Shown here one piece after another: positions 42,611 to 61,974 of a DNA stretch of 64,000 nucleotides; the stretch's first letter is position 1, and each line of letters begins with the position of its first letter. Origin of the DNA: Phaeosaccion multiseriatum (Eukaryota; Protista; Ochrophyta, other classes); NCBI GenBank assembly GCA_965112735.1, contig OZ218963.1:310001-374000 (forward strand), given 5' to 3'. The notes below the pieces were generated by a model. It was not told where the DNA came from. It saw only the letters and a program-made list of their open reading frames with translations, and did no database searches. A program made the position numbers and the translations under genes.

Positions 42611-45600
42611 ATGCCTCACATTACCATCCCGCTCATCCGGAAGCGAGCGGAGCATAATGAAGGTGATGGCAGGAAGGAAGCGAGCTTGTCTCTTGCGTGT
42701 CCGCGTTCACGGCTGCCCTCAAGCTCACCACACCCCAACAACAACCCTCGACGTCCTGCCGCCCTACTCAACCCTTTTCAGCATCAGGCCACATTTTGCT
42801 TGCTGCTGACCCCCGTCCTCGCTACCAATATCCCACCCTCCCATCCAACACACCCGCTGTGAACACCACCCCTCCCCTCCGCCCCACATCCGACCTCAAG
42901 GCCTCATCCACACCCTGGAGGAGATCTCCCTTCACCAGGAGGAGCTGGAGAGCATCAGCGAGTGCCTGGGTAGCAACTGCCGGCATCTCAAGATCGTGTA
43001 CCTGCAGAACAACGTCATCTCAAAGATGGAGAACCTTATCCACATGAAGCAGCTGGAGTATCTCAACCTCGCCCTCAACAACATAGTCAAGATTGAGGGC
43101 CTACAGTAAGTTATTTATGCCTCAGTGTGTATGGTTGTCTGTCTCTCTCCTCTCTCTCTCCCCTCTCTCTCTCCTTCTCTCCCTTTTCTGTGCAAAGGTT
43201 TGTGTGTGTTGCTCATTGCATTGGCAATTATAGAGAATTGATTTCTTGCTTCGTCTGCTGCTGCTCTGCGGATAGGCCAGGCATCCCCCCCCCCCCCCCC
43301 CACACACACGCACACATCCTCCGTTGACATGGACAGGGCAGGGGGACTGCGAAATCTTGTTCCTCAAGAATACCCCCCCCCCCCCCCCCACCGCATATAT
43401 ATATATATACTCCCTCCCTCCCTCCCTCCCTCCAGGTCGTGCGAGTTCCTGAACAAGTTGGACATGACTGTGAACTTTGTTGACTTGGACGAGCTCGAGG
43501 CCAGCATGTTGCACCTCCAGGACAGGTGAGCGGGTGGTGAGCGGGTGGTTGCATTCCCCCCCGGTTCTATGTTCACACACAACAGCTGACGCTCCCTCGT
43601 GCGGCCTGATGCTGACTGATGCTGACTGATGCTGACTGATGCTGGCTGAATGCAGGCTCCACTTGCGAGAGCTGTACATGCTCGGAAACCCATGCGTGGA
43701 GTGGGGGGGCTGCACCGACTTCATCATCGCCACCCTCCCGCAGCTACAGTAAGTCAGTGAGTCAGTCAGTCATACAGCAGTTGGTGATACAGCAGCAGCA
43801 GCCGTTGGTCACACCGCAGTTGGTTACAGCAGTTGGTGGTACAGACAGAGCCTCGACCTCATCTCCACCCACCCACTGACTGGCTGAGCGACTGCCTGAC
43901 TGACTGACTCATCAACCAACCATTCCCACTTGCCTACTTATCCTCTGACTCATGCAGGATGTTGGATGGGAAGGAGATTAGCAGGAGTATGCGCATCGTG
44001 GCGGACCGTAAGCTTCCATCGCTCAGGACAGAGCTTCGGAAGCAAGCGAAGAAGGTGGTGGAGCGAAAGAAGAGAGAGGAGGAGGAGAAGGAGCTAAAGC
44101 GCCAGGAGCGGCGCAGAGAGAGGAGGGAGGAGAAGCAGAAGGAGAAGGAGCGGCTGAGGAGCCTGAGGAGCGGGAGGAGGAGGAGAAAGGCGGGGGGAGG
44201 GGGCTCCTCAACAGATGGCGACGGCGAGGAGGTGCTCACTGTGGAGGAGTACAATACCTTAATGGATGAGGAGGATGGGGCGGTGGCCGACGTTGATGAA
44301 GAGGATGATGACTGGGAGGATGCGGCGGACTACAAGAGTACTACAGATGACGACGACGATGATGACGCGTTGGATGAGGAGGACGACAAGATCGGGGATG
44401 AGGAGATGACCAAGCACACGCCAGAGGCACGCAAGGCCATTTATAAGGAAATCGCAGAGCAGAAGAAGGAGAAGGTGAGGAGGGGAAGGAGGAGGGGAAG
44501 CGCGTCGTATGCCTGACCAGTTATCTCCCAAGCATATGTCCTGCTTGTATCTGGTGCCATCTGTTGTGTGGATGCCTGACACACCTGCTGAATCTCTCTT
44601 GTGGTGTTTGCCATCTACTGCCATCTCGGGTGCCGTAATGCCTGGTGTCAGGAGGACCGCCAGACCGAGATGGCCCCTAAGCAGCGCAATTATGAAGCCG
44701 AACAGGAGGAGGCCGTCAAGCGGGCCAAAGAGAGGGAGGCAGACGGGGTGGTCAGGCAGTGCAATGAAGGTGCGTGGGTGCGTGCGTGCGTGGGTGCGTG
44801 GGTGCGTGGGTGCGTGGGTGCGTGGGTGGGGGGAGAGGAGTGTGTGTGTCGGCCTTGCAGGTCCGCAAATGCACAGCGTGGCGTGTGTGTGAGCGCGCTT
44901 ATGCTTGAATCCTTTCACCTTGACGCCCACCCTCCCTCCCTCCCTCCCTCTCTCCCTCCCTCCCCCCATCTACTGCCATCCCTTCCTCTCAGGCAAGTGG
45001 GACTTCTCCTTCGATGAGGAATCCGAGCCGGGATTTGTGGTGCTTGACGTTTCTCTCGCAAAGTTCTTGGACTCTTCCCTCATCGATCTTGATGTGCACC
45101 CCACATTCGTCACACTGGTCATCAAGAGCAAGGTATGCAAGCGAGAGAGTTGGTGGTACAAACAAACTAGAGGCAACACGCACGGGCACGGGGCAGAGGA
45201 GAGCACAAATATATGGGCAGAATGGAGCAGGGCAGAGGAGAAGCCTCCTCCCCTCTCTTCCTCTCTCTCTTCTCTCTCACTCTCTCTCTCACTCTCTCTC
45301 CCCCCTCTCTTCTCTCTCTACCTGTCTCCCTCCCTCGCTCCCTCCCCCTCTCTTCTCTCTCCTCCTCTCCCTCCCTCTCCCCCTCCCTCTCTCCCGCTCT
45401 CCATTCCCCTCTCTTCTCTCCTTCCCTCCTTCCCTCTCTTCTCTCTCCCTCCCTCCCTCGCGCCCCCCCTCCCTCCCTCTCTCTTCTCTCCCTCTCTCCC
45501 TCCCTCTCTCTCTCCTCCCCTCCCCCCCACCCCCCCCCTCTCTCTCTCCTCTCCCTCTTTCTCTCTGCCCCCCCCCCCTACCGGGCGTCCCTCTCTTTGG

Positions 45601-46457
45601 TGTACCCCCCACCACCACGGAAGGTTCTGCGACTGGTTCTGCCTGTGGAGGTCAAGGCCGAAGAGAGCAAAGCGCAACGCAGCAAGACCACGGGGCATCT
45701 CCTCGTCATCATGCCCAAGGTCGACCCCAAGCAGGTAAGTGGGTGCACTTGGGGTAAGTGGGTGCACTTGGGGGGGGGGGGGGGAGTGGGTGGGTCCACT
45801 GAGGTAGGGCACTTCGGCACTGTGCTAGATGGGTTGAATTGAAGGTCTTGGTTTCCGAGTCGGGTGGGTGGGTGGGTTGAGAGCTTAGGGGGGCTCGTTA
45901 CATACGTAGGTACGTACGTATCGAGTGCAGGAAGGAAGGCCCACGTCACTAGTCAGTCCTATGGGTCGGTCCGTGCTCCTCCCTCTGTGGCAGTCCTATG
46001 GGTCAGTCTTATGCTCCCCCCCTCCCTCTCTCGCTTCATCTCTCTCTCTCCCTCCCTCTCCTCCTTTTTTTTTTTTTTTTTTTTTTTGTTCTTTCTTTCT
46101 TTCTTATTTTTGGCGTGCGTGGGTGCGTGCGTGCCTCTCCCCCACAGAGCCTCGGCCTCAGCGCCACCGCCGCTGCCAAGCGAGCGCCCGGGGGGGGGAA
46201 GAGTCGCACTACTCGGAAAAGCCCCCCGGGGACGGGCTCCACCCCGGGAGCCTCCTCCCTGTCCGGCCTCATGATGATGGAGGCTGCCAAAGCGGCGGAG
46301 GAGGTGAGAGAGAGAGAGAGAACATGGAGTCAACCTACGCATACGTAAACATACGCATACGTAAACATTATGTGGGAGAGGGCCATACACACTCTTTGTT
46401 GACTTACTCCCTTGCTGTCTCTGCCCTTTCGCTCTCTCTCCGTCGCCCTCTCTCTCT

Positions 46458-46508
<51 letters not shown>

Positions 46509-46624
46509 CCTCTTTCTCTTTTCTCTCTCCTCTCTCGCTCTCTCCATCTCTCTTTCTCTCTCTCTCCCTCCCTCTCCCTCTCTCTCTCTTTCTCTTTTCT
46601 CTCTCCTCTCTCGCTCTCTCTTTC

Positions 46625-46658
<34 letters not shown>

Positions 46659-47504
46659 CCCGTGCTGCTGTCCGCTGGTCAGGCCAAGGCAGCGGCAGCA
46701 GGAGGCGGAGAGGGAAGCACCACCCCCTCCCAGGCCGTGTCCATCCAGAACATCGTCAAGGCTGGCGACGCTGGGCCTGATTGTACCACCAACATCCCCT
46801 CCGCGGAGACGCTCAAGGGCGGCAGAGGTTTGGTACAGGAGGTGGAGAAGGGCAGCAGCAGCAGCAGCAGCAGTCATATGGGCAACAGCAGCAGTCCTGA
46901 CACCAGCAGAAGGAGGGAAGAGGCGGTGAGCGTTACACAGACAGGGACAGCAGCGGGAGGTCCCACGGTGCGAGAGCAACCTCACTCCGACGGACAAGGG
47001 GAGAGAGGCGCCAGGTGTACCGGAGGACCAGCAGCAGCAGCAGCAGCAGTTGGTGATACAGTAGCAGCAGTTACAACAGCCGAGCCTGCCCCAAGCCTGT
47101 CGTCAGGAGCAGCCCCAGAGGGGACCATGGAGGCCCACCAAGAAGCGGCAGGAGTAGCAGTTGGTGATACAGCAGCGGCCCTCCCTGCCTCGGCCTCTAC
47201 AACTTCTCACGGAGCTTGTCCGACCGCGCTCCCAGAGCCCCCTCGGGTCGTTCTCTCGGGAGCAGTGTCGCCCCCCCCCCCACCCCCTGTGCGGCAGAGC
47301 GTAGCGGCTGAGCAACGAGGAGCGGTTGCTGATGCAACAGTTGGTGATACGGCGGCAGCAGAAGCAGCAGCAGCGGAAGCCAAAACAGTTGTAGAAGCCA
47401 AAGCAGCGACAGAATCAGTTGGTGGTAGAGCAGTTGGGGGTACAGCAGTGCAGCCCGCCAGCACAGACGAGAGTCCGTGCACAGACTACGAGGAGCTGGA
47501 CTGA
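42611..47504 (+). CDS. DNAAF11: Dynein axonemal assembly factor LRRC6/TilB (~10 exons)
   Basis: [10 protein letters not shown]|[58 protein letters not shown]|[19 protein letters not shown] and [16 protein letters not shown]; low-complexity tail. Confidence 0.95.
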
Positions 47505-48204
47505 TAAAAAGAATGGACATGACGTTTGTTTTTTCCTTGGTTGTTCTTCAAACAGAGAGAGGAATGAGTTGAGCCAAGGGCACGGCCTTCAGCAGAGGCG
47601 CTACCGCGCTGTGGCATACACGGCAGCAGTTGGTGATACGGCAGCCGATCAGCCGAAGCAAGCAATAAGCCCTTCTCGTTGCGGGGTGGCAGCGCAGTGT
47701 GCTCGCTCCTTCCTACACCGGGCGGGCCCTGCCTGCTTTCCTCTCCATTAGGTGCAGTCGCTTGCTTTAGGACAGTCAGCGAGGAGCCAGGAAAGATAAG
47801 ACTTGTAGGAATACAGTTTAGTGTTATTACTTCACAGCGCCAAGAAAAAGACAAAAAAGACAAGGTTGTGAGGCTTTCCTCGATGAGGTTCGCTCCAAGC
47901 AAGCAACTCGCTCCAAGCAACCACATTAGTGTAACAAACGCTTGTACTGGTAGCTACAGCATACAGCGGCCGGCATCTCCAGGAGCCAACGACTATAACT
48001 CCCTGTGCTGACGAACGACTGTTACTCCCTGTGCTGACGAACGACTGGAACTCCCTGTGCTGTGCTGTGCTGCTGTGTTTGCGTCTAGCGAGTACCTCCT
48101 TTACTCTGCGAGGCCCTCGAGAGAGGCCTGTGGATGATGAACATGTGTATCTGGTATCTGTGACATCACTGACTTACTAAGATCACTCACACTCCCACAC
48201 CCAC

Positions 48205-48591
48205 TTACAGCTTTGTGGCACCGGGAACTCGCTCCACCTCATTCGAAAATGTTGAAGCAATTCCTTGGAAGCGGTCATCCCACGAGCCGTAGAGAAAGCC
48301 GTAGACCTGATACGTGCCCGGCGTGGTGGTGGGATAATCCCTCGCACCAGACAGGGTGACGCTAAGGCCGTTACGATAGACGTAGTACGCATTCGCCCCG
48401 GGGACGGCACTCCACGTTAGGCCATTGCTGTTGGCACTCAGGATCGGCCTGGCAAGCAGCTGGACCCAATTCGAAGAGCTTGACTCTTTAGCGGAGGAGT
48501 ATGTTGATCCGTCGGAGTAGGCGTCCTTAAAGGCAATGACGTTGAACGTGCCCCCCTCATCGGTGTCGTTGACCGGCGCCAGCCGGCCTGA
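48205..48591 (-). pseudogene. ATG-less ~128-codon frame with a fibronectin type III-like signature
   Basis: Manual translation ..NWVQLLARPILSANSNGLTWSAVPGANAYYVYRNG..PGTYQVYGF..STFSNEVERVPGATKL-stop. Upstream it is interrupted by a ~30-32 bp x3 tandem repeat (48572-48672). Confidence 0.6.
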
Positions 48592-49557
48592 TTACTGATT
48601 ATGACCGGCACTGGCCGGCCTGATTACTGACTATTGGCGCCAGCCGGCCTGATTACTGATTATGGCCGGCGCACACTGTAACCTTGTCCAGGGCCGACAA
48701 CATTACCGTATACCCCCTTGTCAATCCTTGAAGATAGCCTCTGTGGTCAGTTAGCTAAGTAGCAGTTTCTGACCATCAGTTCGATGTAGTCTTGCCCACT
48801 CGTTGGAGTACGTAGGGTACCTTGTCTGGCTGTCCTCGCTCCTTCATCGTCGGCCATATACAGCCACCTGCTTGCTTTGTTTGGTATCGCTCGACTTTGG
48901 TCCGCACGAGGTCTTGCTTGCCCAGCTCTCTTGTGCAGCAATTTCAACAAAGGGCTAGAGACGCCTTTAGTAATCAGCGTGTGGTCTTGCCCAGCCAGCT
49001 CGATCCTGGCGTTGTGGGGGAGGGGTGGCGGGGTCACCCATGGGAGGTCACAAAGAGAGAGAGAGAGGAGGGGGAGAGAGAGGAGGAGAGAGAGAGAGTG
49101 TGTGTGTGAGAGAGAGAGTGTGTGTGTGTGAGAGAGAGAGAGCGAGAGAGAGAGAAAGGCCGCGGAACCCAAGAGTGGACTCCCGTTGGTACCTGCTCGT
49201 GTGCGGGTGACGCCTGGTCGACCCCCCACGTGGCTGCTATCGACCACGTCCTCGATAGCAGATAGCACGTGGGGCTTCGAGCCTGGTGCCCTCCTCCTCG
49301 CTCTTCGGCCCCAGGCGAGGTTTCTGTGGCCCCCGATAAGCACAAGCCAGCGGCGGCCTGCGGCCGAAAGCAAGAAGCCCAGGGGCTGGCCTGCAGCAGC
49401 CAGAAGCCTGCAGGAAAGTAGCGAGAAGCCCGGTTGGGGACCGACGCTCTCATTGACTTTCGATCCTGTCCAGCACCCAGCCACTCGTCCTATTCTCATC
49501 CCCCTCCTCTTCCTTCCCCCCGGGCCCCTCGCTCTCCTCCTCGTGCTAGTCCGTGGC

Positions 49558-52094
49558 TCACTCTTCGTCACTGTCCTCCTCCTCGCTCTCATCCGAGCTG
49601 ATGTCGTCCACCGCGTCTCCCCTTCCCATGCGTACAACCCTCAGGAACTCCGCCTGATCAAGAGCGGAGTCTCCGTCCCTATCCGCCTCGTCCAGCATCT
49701 CCTGCACACACAGCCAGAGCAGTTGGTGATACAGATCAGCAGAACACAACTAAGGATAGTAGAGGACTAAAGTTAGAGCTGCGCACTCTATTTCCAGCTT
49801 TCGAAAGCCTCCTCCTCCTCCCCCCCCCTCCCGGAGGAAGATCCCCTCTCCTACTCTATGCTCTGGCCCCATATGTGTATACCCCTGTGTTGTGCCCATA
49901 TGCCTGACCTGCAGTTCCTCGTCCGGAATGTCCTCCCCCAGCTCCAGGGCCACACGTCTCAAGTCGAGGAAGCTGATCTTGCCTGTGCCTGGGCCGGGAG
50001 GAGCAGGCGTTGGTGTGAAACAGGAGCGAGAAGGATGAGTGTCGCCACAGAGAGGCAAACGGGTCAGAGTGTGAGTAAGCGTGCGTGCAGTGAGTCCCAT
50101 GTTTAAGACGACGACGACGACGACGAGGAGGAGGAGGAGGAGGAGGAGGAGGAGGAGGAGGAGGAGGAGGAGGAGGTGGTGGAGGAGGAGGAGGAGGAGG
50201 AGGAGGAGGAGGAGGAGGAGGAGGAGGAGGAGGAGGTGGAGGAGGAGGAGGAGGAGGAGGAGGAGGAGGAGGAGGAGGAGGAGGAGGAGGAGGAGGAGGA
50301 GGAGGAGGAGGAGGAGGAGGAGGAGGAGGAGGAGGAGGAGGAGGAGGAGGAGGAGGAGGAGGAGGAGGAGGAGGAGGAGGAGGAGGAGGAGGAGGAGGAG
50401 GTGGAGGAGGAGGGGGCTGGGGCTCCGAATCGACGTACCGCTCTCGTCGAACAGGTCAAAGGCGCCCTCCAGCTTCTACAGAGGACAGACGGACGGAAAA
50501 CACGAGTGAGGGGAAGGATGCGCATTGAAATGCATGCACAAGTCAGAGAATGGAGAGCTGCGCTTGGTGAGCAGCGCTCGGCAGGGCAGGAAGGCAAAGG
50601 CGAGGGAGGGAGGGTGGGGAAGTGCAAGGAGCGAGGGTGCCAGGAGGATGGCAGTGGATGGGGCAGGAGCAAAAGGAGGGTGGGACGGGAGATGGAGGAA
50701 GGGCGCCATGTCCGGGACTACCATGCTGTATCTCGTGCTGTGTCCCCACCCCCTCCCTTTCCCTCATCTCCTCATCTGCTGCCATCCCTCATCTCCTCAT
50801 CTGCTGCCATCCCTCATCTCCTCATCTGCTGCCATCCCTCATCTCCTCATCTGCTGCCGTCCCTCAAATCTCCTCCCTCCCTCACCGCATCTGTGTCTCT
50901 GTGCGCAACGTGTGGTCGCGCGATGTGTGTGAACTCATCCAAAGTGAGGCCCTCCGTTGCGGGTGACTTGCCCACCGACACCATCATCTTCGCTACCTGC
51001 CGCGGGTGAAGGGCCAAGGGCCAGGGGTTAATATGTCAATGATGTGCAAGGGACGAGGGCTGAGGATCATCAGCATAGGGGTGAGGGGTGAGGTGTGAGG
51101 AGTGAGGGGTGAGGGGTGAGGGGTGAGGGATCAATGGGTCAATGACGTGCGAGAGATGAGTAGGGAGGAACGATGGGAAGGTACGGGGCGAGGAGCGGGG
51201 CGGGGAGCGAAGGGTAAGGAGTGAGGGGTCAATGAGCGAGGTGAGGGGTGAGGGGCTGTGCTGGGAAGGATGCATGGAGCCTCTTTAAGTGGCTTCATCT
51301 TCTCTTGTCCCTCCGTTGTCTGATCTTAGCTCCAACTCCTCGCTCTCAACTCTCCACACTCCTGCCTTTCCCCGTCTCTGTGTCTGTCTCTTTTCTCTCC
51401 CTCCTCTGTCTCCTTCTTCCTCTCTCTCTCTCTTTCTCCTGCTCTCCATCTTCTCCCCTCTCTCGCTCACCTCTTGCTTCTTGACGGTAATACCCAACGC
51501 CCTGAAGGCCATCTTTATTTGCCTCAGAGACAGCACGTCAGCAGCGTCCATGTCGAACAAGGTAAAGGCCTCCCGCATTTCTGCCACCTCCTCCGGCCCA
51601 AGGCTGAGGGCCTCATTCCTGCTGCCCCCGTCACCAACCGACGCGGAGAAGCCAGCGCTGAAGCCTCCTCCCGACAGGACACTGTTGCCATAGTACCACA
51701 TTGGACAGCACCGTACAGTGTTTGTTTGCAGTACGGTGATGGGAAAAGGAGGCAAGCGGTCGTAAAAGATCTTTAGCTACTATGGCTGGGCGCTTTGTTG
51801 TCTCCTCTCCTCTCATCACGAGCTGAGCTCCTCGAGAGCTGGCTGAGCAATCTCCGAGAATCTCCTCCTCCCTCCAACTCACCTCGAGCCGTGACGGCTT
51901 TCCGATGCGCGGCTTTCCGATGCGCTCTCCAGTGCGCCCGTGCTGCTGCTGGTGACCACCACAGCAGGAGCAATCTCGTCCTTTAAGTCCGTATTCGTGC
52001 CGTCAATGCTTTTGCGAGCGTCAAACTGGCTGAACTTCCCTCCCGTCTGTGCTGCTGCAATGGCCAACACACTCGACTTCCGCGGCTGGCTCAT
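49558..52094 (-). CDS. Centrin-like EF-hand protein (~6 exons)
   Basis: EMREAFTLFDMD, IKMAFRALGITVKKQE, AFDLFDESG|TGKISFLDLRRVALELGEDIPDEELQ|EMLDEADRDGDSALDQAEFLRVV. Confidence 0.9.
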
Positions 52095-52277
52095 CTTTTT
52101 TGTAATCTTCCCCTCCTTGTCACTCTCACCTCAAAAGTCGTTACTTTTCATGAGCTGCTTGTCCGACGACAGCTGCTTCTCCTTCTGCTTTGGCGTGGGA
52201 GTCCCGCCAGAACAAAGTCGTCCATCATCATGTCGCTCGTAAGGCGGCGACACGATGCCCCGGCTCAAGCCTGTCGA

Positions 52278-53829
52278 ATGGGCATCGGCTTCGAGGAGCC
52301 TGGCAGCAGCGAGGTGTTTGCAGACGCCACCCCGCAGCAGGGGAGGGCCCTGCACGTCACGGACGTACCATACGGAGCGCTGGAGGCCTCTATGCAATTG
52401 CAGCGCTGCCTCACGCTCGGCGACCAACAGGTGGGCAATAGAGAGACTGTCAAGGGAGGGGGGGGAGGAGCAGCTCAGCAGCTCGGCGCTTTCTGGAGTG
52501 GGGAGCAGCTCGGCGCTTTCCTCTTCTTCCGGACGACCAGCCCCCCCCCCCAACTCTCTCATCGTGTCCCCACTCTCACCTCAGCGGGGCACTTCAGTGG
52601 TGCTTCAAAATCGCGTCTCACTCGTTCGCTCCGTCTTGTGCGGCCTTTCACCACTCTCTCTCTCTCCCCTTCTCTCTTCCCTCCTCATCACACTTATTCC
52701 ACTCCATGGCTGCTTTTCTTGCGCTCATCCCCGTCCTACTTTCCCTGAGCACCGCCAACCCTCCCTCCCCTCGCTGCTCTCATCAGACCCTCCGCACCGC
52801 GTTGAGTGGATTGGGAATATGCAAACAGCCCAGACACATTGAGGCCAACCCTGCTGCGGGCACCATCCGAGCGAGGGAACTCGCTGGGCCGTGGATGGTG
52901 CAGACGCTAAGGCAGCTCGACATTGATAACGAGAAGAACGCAAAGCTCTTGGTGAGATAAAGATGACGGACCATGGCGCGGTGAATGAACCCATCGCGAG
53001 AAGAATCAAGCATCGGGAGAGGCCATACAATACTGTACTCGTAGCAAGAGCGATGAGGTTATTCGAGTAGCTCAGGCTGCTGACTCACTGAGCACTCACT
53101 GACCACTCACTGAGCTCAAGAGCTGAAAACCCTGTTCCGCCACCCCCCTGACTGACCCTCCCAACCGCAGAGGCCAGCAGACCCAAGCCTTACCCCACCC
53201 CATCCACTGCCATTACCCCCCCCCCCCCCCTATGCTCATGTCCCGTGCAGTTCGAGAAGCGTTACACGGGTATGGCCAAGCAGGGCGTGGCAGCCCTGGC
53301 GGCGATCGGAGTGACGTACGAGATGACCAACTTGTCCAGTCAGCTCAGAGACGCCATGAAGTTCAGAGAGCTCAGCCGGGAGAGGTGAGTGCTTACTATC
53401 ACAGAGCATGCATGGGTGGGTTACAAGTAGTGAAGAGGAGTTGCCGAGGGGACAGACATGTCTCAAGAGCAGGCATACAGGGCTGTGTGTGGAGTTGTCT
53501 CTCATTGCCTGTCTAGGGGCTGCCTGCTTGCCGTTGCTGAATGAACATAACTCGAACCTTGCGTTCGTCTTCGCTCCGTTAACGAGCATCCCATCTCACG
53601 ATGATATCCATACCATTGTCTTGATCACAAAGTCTTAACAAATGCAAACCTCAAACACCCCCTTCCCTTCCCCAGGCAGCAGCGCATGGCCCGGAGGCGT
53701 AGGGAGGAGGCCCTGAAGGGGGGACAGGTGCTTGACGCGTGTCAAGCCTTCGACGGGAGGAGGGTGGCAGGCTTGCTCGGACTCAAGGTGCCCAGAGATA
53801 AGTCTTTCGGGCTCGGTATTGCGCCTTGA
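52278..53829 (+). CDS. Hypothetical spliced protein (~4 exons)
   Basis: In-phase exons ~52278-52430, 52787-52951, 53251-53384 and 53676-53829 with GT-AG ends. No family recognised; start and end uncertain. Confidence 0.5.
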
Positions 53830-54327
53830 GGGACACGGCAGTGGATAGAGGTAGGAGGGTAACAGGACAGGATAGCACGAGGATAGGGGGGGGGGGGATG
53901 GCAGCGGATGGCAGGCCTGCTTGGCCTCGAGGCGCCGAGCGAGAAGTCATTTCTGAAGTGACAGGGAGGGGTGACGGCAGTGGATGGGAGGGGATGGCAG
54001 TGGATGGGAGGGCTCGGACTTCAGACGCCGATAAGAGTATCCTCGCCTTGGCATTGCGGCCGGGAAGGGAGGGAGTAGCGCACACCGACTCTAACGAGTC
54101 AGGGGATGCAACAGTCTCAGTTTCAGTTGAGTAAAAAAAACAACATGAAAATATATACATCGGCACACACGGACCTGCCATGCTCTCTCTCTGTACGTGT
54201 GTGTGTGTGTGCCTCTCTATCCTTCTCAGTCAGGTGATCTCTCACTCTGTCTGTATGTGTGTGTGCCTCTCTCTGCTGCTCAGTCAGTCCGTCAGTCAGT
54301 CAGTCAGTCAGTCAGTCAGTCAGTCAG

Positions 54328-59662
<5,335 letters not shown>

Positions 59663-59890
59663 CGCTGGGCAATCCGATCATCTCCGCGGCGTCCACAACG
59701 GGCGAATGCCAGTTTCCGTTTCAGTCCTGGTTTTTGGTTTTCTTCATTTTCGGCCTCCCTCCCTTCCCCCTTCTCCTTCCCTTCTCTGTCTCTCTCACTC
59801 CCTCTCCTTCCTTTGCCCCAGTCTACCCGCTGGCTTTCTCTCTCTTTCACTTCCCTCCAGACGCAGCGTATTTGTTCCCAATCTCTTGGA

Positions 59891-60866
59891 AATGGCACAG
59901 TCATGGCAGAGGTCAAGTGCGGGATACTCCATGTTACCAAAGGAGAGGCGTTTACATGTCGACGAGAATGGTTTCACCCCCATTGTCTTGGCTGCGGTGT
60001 TTGATCGGCCTGACGTGATCGAGTTCCTGCTGCAGCACGGTGCCATCCGTCATGTATACTAGTAAGAGGACAATCTTGATGAAAGAGCTGCTGAGCAAGA
60101 GAGTCAACGCCGTACAGACGCTTTTGGCTGCAGAGACTCCAGTGGATGAAGCGCTCGGCTCTGAGAAGACTCCTTTAATTTGTGGGCCTCCGCGTACGGG
60201 CACGCCGCAGTCGAGCGGAAGCACCATCACTGCGCAAGCGGTTGTAGGCAAGCAGGATGCGGATGGAGCTACGGCGATTCTGAAAGCCTCTAAGAACAGG
60301 CACACCTCAGCTGTGCAGGAGCTATTGTCTGCTGGGGCTGACGTGGATCAACCCGATAGTGTGGGGCGTACGCCACTTTTAGCGCGTCTCGAGGGGAATA
60401 TACGCCTTAGTGGCGGACCTGTTGCATGTCAGCGCTAACTTGGAGGCAGCGAATGATCAGGAATGCATTGCCATTTTGTTGGCTTCACAGAATGGGCACA
60501 CACCTGATGTGGAGGCGCTACTGTCTGCTGGGGCGACAAGAGGGGCGACAGGGGTGTCTGGGGACCATAAGGGCGAGGCCGGATGGACTGCTCTCATGGG
60601 GCTGCCGACGGAGCCACTTGTGAGTTGTGGACAGGCTGCTGTCTGCCCATGCCAAGGTTGATCACACAGACGACGACGACGACGACGACGACGACCACCG
60701 ATGGGCTGCTCTCCACCTGGCCTCCCTAGCTGGTAACGACCAAGTAGCGAGGCACCTTAGTGCTGGGGCAGGGGTGGCAAAAAACAGCAACGCTTACATG
60801 TCGCCGCTCAAGAAGGACATGAAACCGTGGTGGCCTCTATCTCCTCTCCGCAGACTCGCCCGTTGA
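59891..60866 (+). pseudogene. Degenerate ankyrin-repeat gene
   Basis: DENGFTPIVLAA..IEFLLQHGA, DGATAILKAS..VQELLSAGADVD..GRTPL, LLASQNGH..VEALLSAGA and ALHLASLAGN lie in different frames separated by stops. Confidence 0.8.
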
Positions 60867-60945
60867 TGACAGACTCGCCCGTTGATGACAGACTCGCCCG
60901 TTGATGACAGACTCGCCCGTTGATGCCAGACTCGCCCGTTGATGA
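60851..60945. repeat. 19-bp tandem repeat x5
   Basis: Unit cagactcgcccgttgatga. Confidence 0.92.
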
Positions 60946-61498
60946 TGCAGTGGACGAAGGGGCTGCCAGTCCACTGCCCTGCCCATTGCTCTGCGCCATT
61001 GAGTGAGGCCATTGGGGGACGACTGTGACGACTGTGTGGACATCGGTGGACATCGGTGGACAAGGCCTCTGCCTGTGTATGCAGCTGTTTGATATGAGCC
61101 CTGAGATAGAACACCGCATCTCTCAGCCAGGCAGCAGCGGACTTGTTTGAATCGCAGACGGCCAAAGACCTGATGGGCGCAATCGACCAAATCTTGGGCA
61201 GAAGGAGGAGGGATTGATTGACTTTTATGGAGTGCCACCCCAGGAGAGGGGCCATCACGCGATCGATCATGCAGAGACGATGCTGGAGGTGACAGCCGAG
61301 CAGGTGCGCCGAGGGCAATATTTATGGACTGAATAATAGTAATAGGATGCCCCGACCCGAGGGCTGGGAGGAGGCACCACTCCTTGTGCTGTGGCCAACT
61401 GCCATCTGTTACCCTGCGCACACAGGCCCGTAACGTCCACATCACGTGCAGCAGCGACGACACCATCAGCCTATTCAAGTTCAAAGTGAGTGTGTGTC

Positions 61499-61537
<39 letters not shown>

Positions 61538-61804
61538 GTGTGTGTGTGTGTGTGCGTGTGTGGGTGGGTGTGTGGGTGTGTGGGTGCGTGTGTGTGTGTG
61601 CGTGCGTGTGCGTGCGTGTGCGTGTGTGTGTGCGTGTGTGTGCGTGGTGTGTGCGTGTGTGTGCGTGCGTGTGTGTGTGTGTGTGTGTGCGTGTGTGTGC
61701 GTGTGCGTGTGTGTGATGAACGCCGCCCCCCCTCTCTCCCCCCTGCTCCGCCCTTGACCCTCGCGCCCTCCCCCCCCCGCGGTGCCGCACCATCGTGCAG
61801 AGAG

Positions 61805-61974
61805 GCGCTGACCGTTGAGGAAGAAGCGCTGACCGTAGACGAAGAAGCGCTGACCGCTGAGGAAGAACCGCTGACCGCTCGGGAAGAACCACTGACCATT
61901 GAGGAAGAACCGCTGACCTTGAAGAAGAACCGCTGACCGTTGACAAAGAAGCGCTGACCGTTGAGGAAGAAGCG
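61805..61974. repeat. 21-bp tandem repeat x~8
   Basis: Unit gcgctgaccgttgaggaagaa and variants; reads ALTVEEE on the + strand. Confidence 0.88.

Noticed and set aside
61410-61486. Ubiquitin-like fragment [17 protein letters not shown]
   Set aside because: Too short and lies in a degenerate region; similarity cannot be supported by eye.
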